Notes: generated by a model from the sequence alone, not told the origin. 64,000 nucleotides of DNA from a bacterium (GCA_024233545.1 JACKPL010000004.1:83487-147486); one strand, 5' to 3'; positions 38,343-49,116 are shown, counted from the stretch's first letter. Numbers and translations: made by a program.

Positions 38343-39173
38343 ATGCCAGAACTTCCCACATATATTGATTTACATATACATACTACAAAATCTGATGGGT
38401 TATGTTCACCGTATCAGATTATGGAAATGGCTCATGAATTGAATCTTGCGGCAATTTCAATTACCGATCATGACACTGTTGAGGGGTATTTGGAAGCAGT
38501 AATCCCTGCACAACAATTCGGTATTGAATTGATTTCCGGTATTGAATTCAGTTGTACGGAAGATGGACAGGATATTCATGTGCTGGGATATTTTGTGGAT
38601 ACATCATGCGAGGCACTTTCCGAACACCTCAAGAATATGAGAACTGCACGAAAGCGGCGGTTTAGACAAATTGTCGAGGTGCTTAATACACAAGGTATTC
38701 CGTTGGATGCAGATGTTCTCCTTGAAAAACTTAACAACACGTCTCCCGGCAGGCTTCATATTGCCAGAAGTTTAATCGAAATCGGAAAGGTGCATACTGT
38801 GCAGGAAGCATTTCAGCGTTACCTTGGAGAGCAATGCCCAGCCTATGTTTCAACAGCAAAAATCTCTGTATCCGAATGCATAAAATTGATTCATTCAATT
38901 CGCGGATTAGCAATTCTCGCCCATCCGGGTTTATATAAGAACGACACACTCATTACACGGTTTGTCGGATACGGTATTGATGGGATTGAAGCATATCATT
39001 CTAATCATACAAAAACTCAAGTGCGAAAATATCTTGCAATGGCACAAGAAAAAAACTTAAAGATTTCAGGAGGCTCAGACTTTCACGCACTCAACTCGCA
39101 TGAACCGCTTTCTCTCGGCTCTCTGAAACTGCCATACTCAATACTAGAAACTTTAAAGCAGTCGATCAATTAA
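38343..39173 (+). CDS. PHP-domain phosphoesterase (TrpH/YciV-like)
   Basis: ..YIDLHIHTTKSDGL..ISITDHDTVEGY.., ..LAHPG.., ..GIEAYHS.., ..GGSDFH.. Confidence 0.8.
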   Translation: MPELPTYIDLHIHTTKSDGLCSPYQIMEMAHELNLAAISITDHDTVEGYLEAVIPAQQFGIELISGIEFSCTEDGQDIHVLGYFVDTSCEALSEHLKNMRTARKRRFRQIVEVLNTQGIPLDADVLLEKLNNTSPGRLHIARSLIEIGKVHTVQEAFQRYLGEQCPAYVSTAKISVSECIKLIHSIRGLAILAHPGLYKNDTLITRFVGYGIDGIEAYHSNHTKTQVRKYLAMAQEKNLKISGGSDFHALNSHEPLSLGSLKLPYSILETLKQSIN

Positions 39174-39187
39174 ACGCAAGGAATACT

Positions 39188-40102
39188 ATGGTTTTAAAAA
39201 AAATAGCTGAAGGTTTAAAGAAGACGCGGGCGTCGCTGTCACACTCTTTCAAATCTATTTTCTCATCAACATCCGCTATTTCCGATTCGCTCTATGAAGA
39301 TATTGAAGAGATTCTTATCCAAGCTGATGTCGGTATGGAAACCGTAACCGAACTTATGCAGTCCATTGAACAGCGGCTTTCTCGAAAAGAAAAGAAAGAT
39401 GCCGCAAGTGTCTACGAAACGCTTCGTACAGAGTTACATACTGAATTATCGAAATTAAACCATTCACTACACACATCAAACGCCTCATTGCCTACGGCAA
39501 TTTTAGTTGTAGGTGTCAATGGAACCGGAAAAACAACTTCTGTTGCAAAATTAGTCAACATTTTAAGGGCAAATCGTAAATCTGTTATCCTCGCGGCATG
39601 TGACACATTCAGAGGCGCCGCAATCGACCAGCTTGAAATATGGGCACAACGAACCGACACACCTCTAATAAAACACCTTCACGGTTCGGATGCGGCGGCT
39701 GTTGCCTACGACGCCGCTCAAGCGGCGGTAGCGAGAAAAATTGATTACTTAATCATCGATACAGCAGGCCGATTGCACACTAATAAAAATCTCATGGCAG
39801 AATTGCAGAAAGTTATTCGGGTAATTCGTACAGTCATTCCGGAAGCTCCTCATGAAATACTGATGACTATTGATGCAATAACCGGTCAAAATGCGTTACC
39901 GCAAATCAAGACATTTAATGATGCATTACACTTGAGCGGCATTATCTTAACCAAACTTGACGGCACTGCAAAAGGCGGCATTGTCATTCGAATTCAAAAA
40001 GAATTTCATATTCCGGTAAAATTTGTCGGAGTCGGAGAAAAGATGGATGATTTACTGCCGTTTAATCCGAAAGAATTTGTTAATGCACTTTTTGAGGGAT
40101 AA
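39188..40102 (+). CDS. ftsY: signal recognition particle receptor FtsY (NG domain only, no acidic A domain)
   Basis: ..GVNGTGKTTSVAKL.., ..DTFRGAAIDQL.., ..DTAGRLH.., ..TKLDGTAKGG.. Confidence 0.9.
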   Translation: MVLKKIAEGLKKTRASLSHSFKSIFSSTSAISDSLYEDIEEILIQADVGMETVTELMQSIEQRLSRKEKKDAASVYETLRTELHTELSKLNHSLHTSNASLPTAILVVGVNGTGKTTSVAKLVNILRANRKSVILAACDTFRGAAIDQLEIWAQRTDTPLIKHLHGSDAAAVAYDAAQAAVARKIDYLIIDTAGRLHTNKNLMAELQKVIRVIRTVIPEAPHEILMTIDAITGQNALPQIKTFNDALHLSGIILTKLDGTAKGGIVIRIQKEFHIPVKFVGVGEKMDDLLPFNPKEFVNALFEG

Positions 40103-41236
40103 ATGAATTCTTCATTATTACTTGCTCATCATGAAAAACACATGAAACAAGCGCTGGATTATGCCCAAAAAGCTACCCGAGCTGTTACTCCCAACCCTCA
40201 CGTCGGTGCAGTGGTGGTCCGCGATAACGAGATTGTCGGCATTGGATATCATCAAAAGGCCGGGGAATACCATGCTGAAATTTTGGCACTTGAAGACGCA
40301 GGGACGCTTGCGAACGGCGCATCATTATACGTAACACTCGAACCCTGTTCTACGCATGGCAAAACTCCTGCTTGTACAGACGCAATCATAAAAGCAGGGA
40401 TAAAATCCGTATTTATAGGATGTATAGATCCAAATCCTGCTCACTCCGGCAAGGGAATCCTTATTTTGCAACAGCATGGGATTGCGGTAGAAACAGGGGT
40501 TCTAAAAGAGAAATGCGAAACGTTAATCGAAGATTTTACAAAATTTATTACAACCGGCTTGCCGTTTGTGATCTCAAAATCAGCCATATCCGCTGATGGT
40601 AAAATCGCAACTGTTCATGGTGAATCTCAATGGATTTCATCCCCTTCATCTCGTGCTAAGGTTCAAAAAATCCGGCAGAACGCTGATGCTATCCTCGTTG
40701 GAATCGGAACAGTTATCAATGATAATCCATCGTTAACCGTTCGAACCAAAACAAAAAACGCCCATCAACCATGGCGAATAGTTATCGATCCCGAATGTTC
40801 CATACCCGAAAACGCACGTTTACTGAACGACAATTATATTCATAAAACTATTCTTATTGTCAAAGAGCATCATCGTAACACAGAAAAAAATGCTCGCTTA
40901 ATTGATAAAGGAATACAGTTTTTGTTCATCGAAGAAAAAAATCAGATATTTAATCCTTATACAATTTTAACACAGCTTGCACGCATTCCTATTGTCTCTT
41001 TACTAATTGAAGGCGGCGGCGCTACTTTAGGACATTTCTTTGATTTTCATGCTATTGACAAAATGATTTTCTTCATTGCTCCAAAAATTATCGGCGGAAA
41101 GAATGCACCCAGCCCATTTCATGGAACAGGGGTGGAAAAAATTGCTGATGCTGTTCAGTTAAAAAATGTTACATGGAAAAAGTATGCATGTGATATGATG
41201 CTTACAGGGTATCCTAACTGGAAAAAGGCAGAATAA
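40103..41236 (+). CDS. ribD: bifunctional riboflavin biosynthesis deaminase/reductase
   Basis: ..NPHVGAVVV.., ..HAEILAL.., ..TLEPCSTHGKTPAC.., reductase half ..KSAISADGKIA.. Confidence 0.9.
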   Translation: MNSSLLLAHHEKHMKQALDYAQKATRAVTPNPHVGAVVVRDNEIVGIGYHQKAGEYHAEILALEDAGTLANGASLYVTLEPCSTHGKTPACTDAIIKAGIKSVFIGCIDPNPAHSGKGILILQQHGIAVETGVLKEKCETLIEDFTKFITTGLPFVISKSAISADGKIATVHGESQWISSPSSRAKVQKIRQNADAILVGIGTVINDNPSLTVRTKTKNAHQPWRIVIDPECSIPENARLLNDNYIHKTILIVKEHHRNTEKNARLIDKGIQFLFIEEKNQIFNPYTILTQLARIPIVSLLIEGGGATLGHFFDFHAIDKMIFFIAPKIIGGKNAPSPFHGTGVEKIADAVQLKNVTWKKYACDMMLTGYPNWKKAE

Positions 41237-41239
41237 ATA

Positions 41240-41836
41240 ATGTTTACCGGAATCATTGAACATCTTGCTCCAATCACTGTAATTGAGCACAAAAAGTCTC
41301 ATGTACGGCTCGCAATACAATCTCCTTTTAGTAAAGAAAATATTCAGCTTGGAGAAAGCATTGCGCTCAACGGAGTTTGCCTTACTGTTGCCGGAAAACA
41401 GGCTGACTCGCTTTTTTTCGACTTGCAATGCGAAACGCTGGATAAAACATATTTAGGTACATTGCATATAGGCACAATCCTTAATGTTGAGCGTGCCTTA
41501 GGATTGGGAGACCGGATGGGCGGGCACGTTGTTCAAGGACACGTTGATGAAGTTGGAACGATTGTTCATAATCAACAAACAGAGAAAGATTGGATTTTAG
41601 AAATCGAGGCCTCTGAACAATTTGTTCCCTATCTCATTGCAAAAGGATCGATAGCAATAGACGGCATAAGCTTGACTATTGTAACGGTCTCACATAATCG
41701 TTTCACGACACATATCATTCCTTATACCTATGACCATACTACTATTAAGTTCAAGAAAACCGGAGACAAGGTTAATCTGGAAGCTGATATTTTAGGTAAA
41801 TACGTTATTAACTACTTAAAAACAATCCATAAATAA
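41240..41836 (+). CDS. ribE: riboflavin synthase
   Basis: MFTGIIEHLA.., ..GESIALNGVCLTV.., ..GSIAIDGISLTI.. Confidence 0.9.
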   Translation: MFTGIIEHLAPITVIEHKKSHVRLAIQSPFSKENIQLGESIALNGVCLTVAGKQADSLFFDLQCETLDKTYLGTLHIGTILNVERALGLGDRMGGHVVQGHVDEVGTIVHNQQTEKDWILEIEASEQFVPYLIAKGSIAIDGISLTIVTVSHNRFTTHIIPYTYDHTTIKFKKTGDKVNLEADILGKYVINYLKTIHK

Positions 41837-41865
41837 CCAATCTATCGAGAAACGTAAAATTTTAC

Positions 41866-41894
41866 TTGCAAAACCGATCGGCACAACGTATGAT
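41866..41894 (+). promoter_or_regulatory. sigma70-like promoter for rpsU
   Basis: TTGCAA, 17 nt, TATGAT. Confidence 0.45.
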
Positions 41895-41947
41895 GTGTAA
41901 GCTGTAATTGCATAACAAGAAAAACTCTTGAAAGGAGTTGGTATTAC

Positions 41948-42139
41948 GTGTCCAAAGTTATCGTAAACAAAAATGAAAGTATTGATAAGGCGCTTCGGCG
42001 GTTAAAAAAGAAGATTGACAAAGAAGGCATCATGAAGCAAATCAAGCAACATCGCCATTTTGAGAAGCCAAGCCAGAAACGCCGCAGAAAACTTAAAGAT
42101 GCGCGTAAAAAAGCTGAGCGTGCACAGCATTCCCGGTAA
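41948..42139 (+). CDS. rpsU: 30S ribosomal protein S21 (GTG start)
   Basis: (M)[47 protein letters not shown].. Confidence 0.9.
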   Translation: MSKVIVNKNESIDKALRRLKKKIDKEGIMKQIKQHRHFEKPSQKRRRKLKDARKKAERAQHSR

Positions 42140-42166
42140 AATTGCTTAAAGCTAGTGATATCAACT

Positions 42167-42211
42167 ACCCTTGTTCCTGTTGTTAATACGTTGAACAAGG
42201 GTATTTTTTTT
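42167..42211 (+). terminator. rho-independent terminator after rpsU
   Basis: ACCCTTGTTC ..16-nt loop.. GAACAAGGGT followed by a T8 run. Confidence 0.75.
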
Positions 42212-42252
42212 CTAGTATATAAGGAAACAATAAGCAAGAAAGTTTCAGGTAC

Positions 42253-43254
42253 ATGAACAAATCAGCCAAAAAACATTTTTTTGTTTTTTTACGGATTCTC
42301 ATCGCTGTAGTGTTACTTGGATATTTATTGTTAAAAGTTGATATTCAGCGGTTTTGGGAACAATTACAATCAGCTCGTTTTTCCCTGATGTGTATTGGGG
42401 TACTGCTCTATGCCGTGACCGCATATCTTGCAATAATACGATGGAAGGTTTTACTACAAGTACATTCTGTAATTCTTACTTTTTCAGAACTTACAAAATT
42501 GTTTTTTGTCGGGTTATTTTTCAACAACGCAATGCCCGGCCTTACCGGCGGAGATATCATTAAAGCATATTACGTAGCCAGACACACAGCACACAACAAA
42601 ACCGAAGCAGTCGCGACCGTTTTTATCGATAGAATAATCGGCATATTTGCACTTTTTGTGATAGGCATCATAACCCTGATGTTTAATCTTAAAAACCCTG
42701 ATTTTCGTAAAATTGCATTATTTTTAACGATTGTATTCATTTCGATTCTTGTCTTTCTGGCGATATTCTTCAACAAACACCTCCTCAAAAAAATACCATT
42801 TCTTCTAAAAATTATTGATTTATTTCCCTTTAAAGATATGTTGATTAGAATATATGAAGCATTCTATAAATACAAATCCCATCCATATGCAGTAGTGTAC
42901 AGCTTAGTTCTTTCTATTCTTCTGCAAGGGGTATTTATTTTCATCGTTTCATTATTCGGCATCGCACTCTCTCTTGACGTGCATTTCCTGCATTATTTTT
43001 TATTTATTCCCATTATCTCCACTATTAGCGCACTGCCGGTATCGATTTCAGGTTTAGGAGTGAGCGAACAGCTTTATGTATATTGTTTTGGATTAGTCGG
43101 CGCACAGAGTGAAGGTTCTCTTGCTCTTGCGCTGATGGCACGGCTTATACTGGTAATTTGGAGCTTGCCGGGATGGTATTTCTACATGACCATGGGAGAA
43201 CTTAAAGTCTCAGAAGAAACAATGGAAAAAGAAATCATAATTGCCGGCCGTTAA
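42253..43254 (+). CDS. UPF0104 / lysyl-PG-synthase-TM-like flippase-like membrane protein
   Basis: 333 aa with about 8 TM segments. ..NNAMPGLTGGDIIKAYY.. and ..ISALPVSISGLGVSE.. are typical of this family. Confidence 0.6.
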   Translation: MNKSAKKHFFVFLRILIAVVLLGYLLLKVDIQRFWEQLQSARFSLMCIGVLLYAVTAYLAIIRWKVLLQVHSVILTFSELTKLFFVGLFFNNAMPGLTGGDIIKAYYVARHTAHNKTEAVATVFIDRIIGIFALFVIGIITLMFNLKNPDFRKIALFLTIVFISILVFLAIFFNKHLLKKIPFLLKIIDLFPFKDMLIRIYEAFYKYKSHPYAVVYSLVLSILLQGVFIFIVSLFGIALSLDVHFLHYFLFIPIISTISALPVSISGLGVSEQLYVYCFGLVGAQSEGSLALALMARLILVIWSLPGWYFYMTMGELKVSEETMEKEIIIAGR

Positions 43255-43364
43255 AATACGGGTTTCCATGCTCAATTAGTTTTCATATTTTATATCTAGA
43301 CCGATGAATAATTATCTCGTATGATATATATTATTTTGATTTAAACCTTCTAAGGAGAATTTAT

Positions 43365-44093
43365 ATGAAAGGTGTCATTCTGGCTGGCGGCCTTGGTTCG
43401 CGTTTGTTTCCTCTGACAAAGATTACAAATAAACATCTTCTCCCTGTATACGACAAACCAATGATTTACTATCCTATTCGAACACTCGCTGATGCTGGAA
43501 TTGACGATATCTTAATCGTTACCGGCGGCAACAGTGCCGGCGATTTTTTGCGTTTATTAGGAAACGGCAAAGAATTCGGGCTTAAAGCAATTAACTATAC
43601 CTATCAGGAAGGCGAAGGAGGAATCGCCGCGGCTCTTGAACTTGCGCGGCATTATGCCGATAATGAAAAAATTATCGTAATGCTTGGTGACAACATCATT
43701 CAAGGAAGCATTCGAAAAGCAGTAGAAGACTTTGAAAAACAGCCTAAAGGGGCAAAAATATTTCTCAAAGAGGTTCCTGACCCAGAACGGTTTGGTGTTC
43801 CGATTATCGAAGGGAACCGCATTGTGGCGATCGAAGAAAAACCGAAAAAACCCCGCAGTTCATACGCTGTCATCGGTATATATATGTATGATTCAAAGGT
43901 TTTTGACATCATCGAAACCTTAACGCCTTCAGGACGAGGAGAAATGGAAATAACCGACGTTAATAATGCTTATATAAAAAACAACATGATGACTTACGAA
44001 ATTATCGAAGGTTGGTGGACTGACGCAGGAACATTCGAATCGTTGTTTAACGCAACATGCCTCGTAGAAGAGATGAGGAAATCTCAAAGATGA
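43365..44093 (+). CDS. sugar-1-phosphate nucleotidylyltransferase, short RmlA-like form
   Basis: MKGVILAGGLGSRLFPLTKITNKHLLPVYDKPMIYYP.., ..GGIAAAL.., ..LGDNI.. Confidence 0.8.
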   Translation: MKGVILAGGLGSRLFPLTKITNKHLLPVYDKPMIYYPIRTLADAGIDDILIVTGGNSAGDFLRLLGNGKEFGLKAINYTYQEGEGGIAAALELARHYADNEKIIVMLGDNIIQGSIRKAVEDFEKQPKGAKIFLKEVPDPERFGVPIIEGNRIVAIEEKPKKPRSSYAVIGIYMYDSKVFDIIETLTPSGRGEMEITDVNNAYIKNNMMTYEIIEGWWTDAGTFESLFNATCLVEEMRKSQR

Positions 44094-44956
44094 CGTGGCT
44101 CCTTATTGGCAGAAACGGTATGCTGGGCAGTGTTTTCGCTCTTAAAGAAATATGTGTCCCGGGTAATCTCGTAGCAGTTGATATTGACGAAATTGATGTT
44201 ACTGATCCTAACAGTGTGGAAAAACTGCTGAACCGTGTTCGTCCCAATGTTGTTTTAAACTGCAGTGCTTATACAAATGTCGATGGCGCGGAAACAGAAA
44301 AAGAGTTGTCTTGGGCAGTTAATGTGACCGGCGTACAAAATCTTGTTCGGCAATGCAAAAATATTGGTGCATTTTTTATTCATTACAGTACTGATTTTAT
44401 CTTCAATGGCGAAAAAAAAGGCGCATACGATGAAGATAATTCTCCTTTTCCGATAAACCAATATGGTTTAACAAAACTTGAAGGAGAAAGAAGTATTAAA
44501 AATTTAATGAATGATAATGAATATTTGATTATCCGCACTTCTTGGTTGTTTGGGCCTCGAGGGAAAAACTTCATCTCGACAATTCTCTCACTTGCCAACC
44601 AACAACCGGAATTAAAAGTTGTTAACGATCAGCGTGGCAATCCGACATATACTCGCGATCTTGCTCAAGCAACAATTGAACTTTACAAGAAGAAAGCTAG
44701 CGGCATATTTCACGTTACTAACACAGGAAGCTGTTCATGGTTTGAATTAGCCCGTTTTGCAGTTGACTGCATGGGCAAAAGGGACTATCGAATTCTTCCT
44801 GTCTCCTCAAATGAATTCGTCCGTCCTGCTAAACGCCCGGCTAATTCAGTGTTGAACACAGAAAAATTTTACACTGTTACATCATATATGATGCCGAAAT
44901 GGCAAGACGCAGTAAAACGGTACATTGACTATCAATTCGCTGGAACTTCTCTGTGA
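44090..44956 (+). CDS. rmlD: dTDP-4-dehydrorhamnose reductase
   Basis: MTWLLIGRNGMLGS.., ..NCSAYTNVDGAE.., ..YSTDFIFNG.., ..YGLTKLEGE... ATGA overlap with the upstream gene. Confidence 0.8.
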   Translation: MTWLLIGRNGMLGSVFALKEICVPGNLVAVDIDEIDVTDPNSVEKLLNRVRPNVVLNCSAYTNVDGAETEKELSWAVNVTGVQNLVRQCKNIGAFFIHYSTDFIFNGEKKGAYDEDNSPFPINQYGLTKLEGERSIKNLMNDNEYLIIRTSWLFGPRGKNFISTILSLANQQPELKVVNDQRGNPTYTRDLAQATIELYKKKASGIFHVTNTGSCSWFELARFAVDCMGKRDYRILPVSSNEFVRPAKRPANSVLNTEKFYTVTSYMMPKWQDAVKRYIDYQFAGTSL

Positions 44957-46116
44957 GCACACAAATAAAAATCGCCCATATTATTACTCGACTAATTATT
45001 GGCGGTGCACAAGAAAATACGCTTTCAACTGTTATTGGTTTAATGGGCAACCCCGATTATTCCGTATCGCTTATTACAGGACCGGGTATTGGCCCCGAAG
45101 GGTCGATGGAAGCAAATGCCCGTAAAGCCGGAGTAAAGATTATTGTGTTGCCTCTCATGCGCCGCGCAATAAACATTATGTATGACAGCATCGTCTTTGT
45201 ACAACTATTATTATTATTCAAACGTGAGAAGTTTCATATTGTACATACCCACAGTTCTAAAGCAGGAATACTCGGGCGTCTCGCCGCATACTGTGCACGA
45301 GTACCGGTCATTATCCATACTATCCATGGATTGCCTTTTCATCCTTATGAAAATAAGTACAAAAACTGGTTTTATATTAAACTTGAAAAAATATGTGCAA
45401 AGTTGTCACATAAAATAATAACCGTTTCTGATACGATGCGCGATAAAGCTTTGCAAGAAAAGATAGGCACTCCGTCTCTCTATCAGACCATATACAGCGG
45501 AATGAACATTAAACCTTTTATAAACGCACCGCAACTCCGTAAGGAAATGCGCGAACAATTAAATATTAAAGACTCTGATTTGATCATCGGTAAAATTGCG
45601 CGGTTATTCCATTTAAAAGGCCACGATTTTGTTCTCGAGTGTGCGCCAGAGATTATACGGCGGGTGCCCGATGCTCGGTTTCTTTTCATTGGAGACGGTA
45701 TTTTAAAGACCGACTTAGATACTCAGATCAAACAACTCAAGCTCGAAGAGCACTTTATCTTTACCGGTCTTGTTCCCCCTGATACAATTCCTTCCTTAAC
45801 AGCATGTATGGACCTATTGGTTCATACATCACTCCGCGAAGGACTAGCGCGTGCTTTGCCTCAAGCGATGGCGGCAGGAGTCCCTGTCGTTACATTCGAT
45901 ATTGACAGTGCTCATGAAGTAGTTCAGAACGGAATTAACGGTTACCTGATCCCTTCTGGAGACAAGGACGCATTCATCGAAAAAGTTGTATCGATTTTGA
46001 CAAATCCTGTTCTTCGCCAAAAATTAAGCCGTGAATCTCAAAAGGCGGTTCTTCCTCGGTTCGATGCAGATTATATGGTACAAGAAATCGCAACTACATA
46101 TCAGGAGTTGTTATAA
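44953..46116 (+). CDS. GT4-family (GT-B fold) glycosyltransferase, GTG start
   Basis: ..IGGAQENTL.., ..SLREGLARALPQAMAAGVPVVTFDIDSAHEVV..GINGYL.. (E-x7-E region). Confidence 0.8.
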   Translation: MSTQIKIAHIITRLIIGGAQENTLSTVIGLMGNPDYSVSLITGPGIGPEGSMEANARKAGVKIIVLPLMRRAINIMYDSIVFVQLLLLFKREKFHIVHTHSSKAGILGRLAAYCARVPVIIHTIHGLPFHPYENKYKNWFYIKLEKICAKLSHKIITVSDTMRDKALQEKIGTPSLYQTIYSGMNIKPFINAPQLRKEMREQLNIKDSDLIIGKIARLFHLKGHDFVLECAPEIIRRVPDARFLFIGDGILKTDLDTQIKQLKLEEHFIFTGLVPPDTIPSLTACMDLLVHTSLREGLARALPQAMAAGVPVVTFDIDSAHEVVQNGINGYLIPSGDKDAFIEKVVSILTNPVLRQKLSRESQKAVLPRFDADYMVQEIATTYQELL

Positions 46117-47231
46117 TGTGGATAGCCGCATACCTTTATATTTTAATATTTTCATTATGTTTGTCACTATACACTGTTAAAATAAGCCATCGTATAGCAT
46201 ATTACTACAATATAGTAGATCATCCAGCAAGCAGAAAAATGCATTCAGTGGCTAAACCGCTTCTTGGCGGGCTTGGCATTTTTACTGCTTTAATCGCAAC
46301 AATTCTTATCCATTATTACGGTATTCTTATTTTAGCTGATACTCCTATTAAAAATTATTTGCCCATCTTCAATAGACTTTTTATACATATTCACGGGATG
46401 AAAAAAGTAGAACCTCAAATATGGGGCATTATTTCAGGAGCATTTTTCACCTTTGTACTCGGATTATTCGATGATAAATATGGACTATCAGCAAAATTGA
46501 AATTAGTTTTACAAATTTTAATCGCACTCTATATCATTCACTTTTTTAATATACGAATCACAATGTTTATAAAAAATCCTATTTTGACTTACGCCATAAC
46601 GGTATTATGGATAATCGGCATCACCAACTCTTTTAATCTTCTTGACAATATGGACGGCCTTTCTGCTGGGGTGGCTTTAGTCGCATCGTTAGTGTTTCTT
46701 GCAACAGCGCTTAGTGCCGGACAATTATTTATTGGGCTCTTTCTGATAGCTTTTATCGGAGCTCTTGCCGGATTTCTCAGATATAATTTTCCGCCGTCAA
46801 CAATATTCATGGGCGACGCCGGTTCACTCACCATTGGCTTTATCATGGCAACTCTAACGGTCATGGGAACATATTATATTAAAGGTTCGGCACCTACTCT
46901 TTATCCAATTTTTATGCCTGTTTTGATTTTGGGCGTACCTATCTTTGATACTCTTTCAGTGATTGTCATTCGGCTAAAAAATAAAGAATCCATCTTTACT
47001 GCTGACAAAAACCATTTTTCGCATCGTTTATTGCGTCTGGGGATGACTCATAGAGGCGTTGCTTTATTTGTATATCTGGTAACTTTCTGCGTAGCAATTA
47101 ACGCAATTCTCTTACCATTACTCACTGAAATCGGCGTAGTGATTGTTGCGGCACATACTGTATGCATTCTTGCCATAATTGCACTGCTTGAATATTATGG
47201 AAAACTCAAAAAAACAAACAAGAATGAGTGA
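46116..47231 (+). CDS. polyprenyl-phosphate N-acetylhexosamine-1-phosphate transferase (MraY/WecA family)
   Basis: About 10-11 TM segments. ..FDDKYGLS.., ..NSFNLLDNMDGLSAG.., ..IFMGDAGSL.. Confidence 0.85.
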   Translation: MWIAAYLYILIFSLCLSLYTVKISHRIAYYYNIVDHPASRKMHSVAKPLLGGLGIFTALIATILIHYYGILILADTPIKNYLPIFNRLFIHIHGMKKVEPQIWGIISGAFFTFVLGLFDDKYGLSAKLKLVLQILIALYIIHFFNIRITMFIKNPILTYAITVLWIIGITNSFNLLDNMDGLSAGVALVASLVFLATALSAGQLFIGLFLIAFIGALAGFLRYNFPPSTIFMGDAGSLTIGFIMATLTVMGTYYIKGSAPTLYPIFMPVLILGVPIFDTLSVIVIRLKNKESIFTADKNHFSHRLLRLGMTHRGVALFVYLVTFCVAINAILLPLLTEIGVVIVAAHTVCILAIIALLEYYGKLKKTNKNE

Positions 47232-49116
47232 TTTAAAAACAAACCTCTCTATAAAGCGTATTGTGACACTTATAAAAATTACCTGTATCGGTTTTGTGTT
47301 GTTTTTATTTCCAATCAAACTTGGCGCACCATACATAGATGAAATTGGTTTTTTTATACCATTTCCCATCGAAGTAGTTTTCGGAAGCTGGCCGGCTATT
47401 TATAGTGTTGCTTTAGCATTGATTCTGCTCTTTGTCCTCATGGTTTCCTTCATTTATGAATCACATCCAGCGATTAAAATTTCATACCTTACTTTTTTTA
47501 TACTTTTATTCCTTATCTGGTGCGGATGTTCATTATTTTGGTCGGTTAATAAAAACTCTTCAATGATCCATACAATGATTATTTTTTCTGCCGCATCAGG
47601 ATTTTTTGCGGCTAAAAGAATAGTTGCCGATAAACAATTTACCGATCGAGTATGTTATTTCGTATTTATAATCATCGGAATATCTGCTGTTTTTACCGCA
47701 ATAAACGGTATATATCAATTCATGTACGGGCTAGAAGAGATGAGGGTAATGTTAGATTTTAATTCATTTAAACAGATTGCCCTGCTATATAAAAACGAAA
47801 ACCCTCAGAATTACGCTCTCTATTTGAGGTTAATGAGCAATCGAATATTTGCGACTTTTGTCTATCCAAATTCATATGCAGGATATTTATGCATAATCAT
47901 TCCATTTATTTGTGCGCCGTTCTGTATGAAGAAAGAAATACTGCGAAAAATGTACCTTCATATTGTAGTATTTTCGTGGCTCATTCTGGCTTTCTGGTTC
48001 TATATGCAATCGCTCACTTCATTTATTCCCCTTGCGACCGCCGCAATTATCGTGTTCCCTTTGACAATTTTCATCTGCTTAATCTTGACAGGTTCCATGG
48101 GAGGCATTATCACAACAGGCATTCTGTGCATCTTTTTTATTATGGGTGCGATGAAGCGTTTTTTTTCAAAAACACACTTCGTGATAGTACTTTTTTTGAT
48201 CTGCTGTATCGTTGGCAGTATATTGTTTTTTTTCCCACTAAAAAACAAAATTCGTTCTTTTGATGCCCGGCTCGGCTATTGGAAAGCAACAGCAGAAATG
48301 ATTAAAGACAAACCACTGCTCGGTTCCGGCATAGGAACATACGGCTCCGTTTATCCAAAATATCGGTTAGCAGACGCTGAAGAAACACAGTTTGCTCATA
48401 ACACATATTTGCAACATTTTGCAGAAATAGGCGGTATCGGATTATTCTTATTTGCTTCAGTACTGGCAATCGGATTGTTGTGCTTTTTCAGAATTATGCC
48501 GAATGAAGGAGAACATCTCGCCAAAGCCGCTGGAATATCGCTTGTAGCGTTTTGCATTCATTCCATAGCAGACTTCGATTTTTCGATCCCGTGTATAGCT
48601 TTCTACGTGTTCATCGCCCTTGGAATAATTGATAAAACTCCTGCTTTAATCACACTCAAAGAACCTTTAAAAAGTACTGCCTCAAAAATTATTATTTTAT
48701 TAGCCGTTATTGTTGTTTTCTTAGCATCAAATTCCATGTTAATGCGTCTTATTAAAGCACAAACGCACTTAAACTATGCACAGCAACTGATCGAAAATAA
48801 TATAAATCGAGGAGAAACGTATGAATTACTCAAGAATGCACAATCATTAAACCCTTTCGACTCAAAAATCTATTATACCCTTGCACAACTCTATTCAACT
48901 GACCACATGTGGGAAGAAAGCTTTAAGCATTATGAAAAAGCAATTAGCGTTAATCCGTTTCGGTCATCATACCATTACGCGTATGCAAAAACTTTAAAGC
49001 GATCCGGTTTAGACGGTTCGGAAGCAAAAGCAATACTTGAATTTCACAATGCAAGGGAATATAATCCGTTCCGTAAAGATTATCAATCCGGCATCTCTAT
49101 CGAGGGGTTACAATGA
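47224..49116 (+). CDS. O-antigen ligase/polymerase-like (Wzy_C) membrane protein with a C-terminal TPR domain; start uncertain (47179, 47197 or 47224)
   Basis: More than 10 TM segments. ..GSGIGTYGSVYPKYR..ETQFAHNTYLQHFAEIGGIGL... The last 130 aa or so are TPR-like (..YYTLAQLYSTDHMWEESFKHYEKAISVNP..). Confidence 0.7.
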   Translation: MSDLKTNLSIKRIVTLIKITCIGFVLFLFPIKLGAPYIDEIGFFIPFPIEVVFGSWPAIYSVALALILLFVLMVSFIYESHPAIKISYLTFFILLFLIWCGCSLFWSVNKNSSMIHTMIIFSAASGFFAAKRIVADKQFTDRVCYFVFIIIGISAVFTAINGIYQFMYGLEEMRVMLDFNSFKQIALLYKNENPQNYALYLRLMSNRIFATFVYPNSYAGYLCIIIPFICAPFCMKKEILRKMYLHIVVFSWLILAFWFYMQSLTSFIPLATAAIIVFPLTIFICLILTGSMGGIITTGILCIFFIMGAMKRFFSKTHFVIVLFLICCIVGSILFFFPLKNKIRSFDARLGYWKATAEMIKDKPLLGSGIGTYGSVYPKYRLADAEETQFAHNTYLQHFAEIGGIGLFLFASVLAIGLLCFFRIMPNEGEHLAKAAGISLVAFCIHSIADFDFSIPCIAFYVFIALGIIDKTPALITLKEPLKSTASKIIILLAVIVVFLASNSMLMRLIKAQTHLNYAQQLIENNINRGETYELLKNAQSLNPFDSKIYYTLAQLYSTDHMWEESFKHYEKAISVNPFRSSYHYAYAKTLKRSGLDGSEAKAILEFHNAREYNPFRKDYQSGISIEGLQ

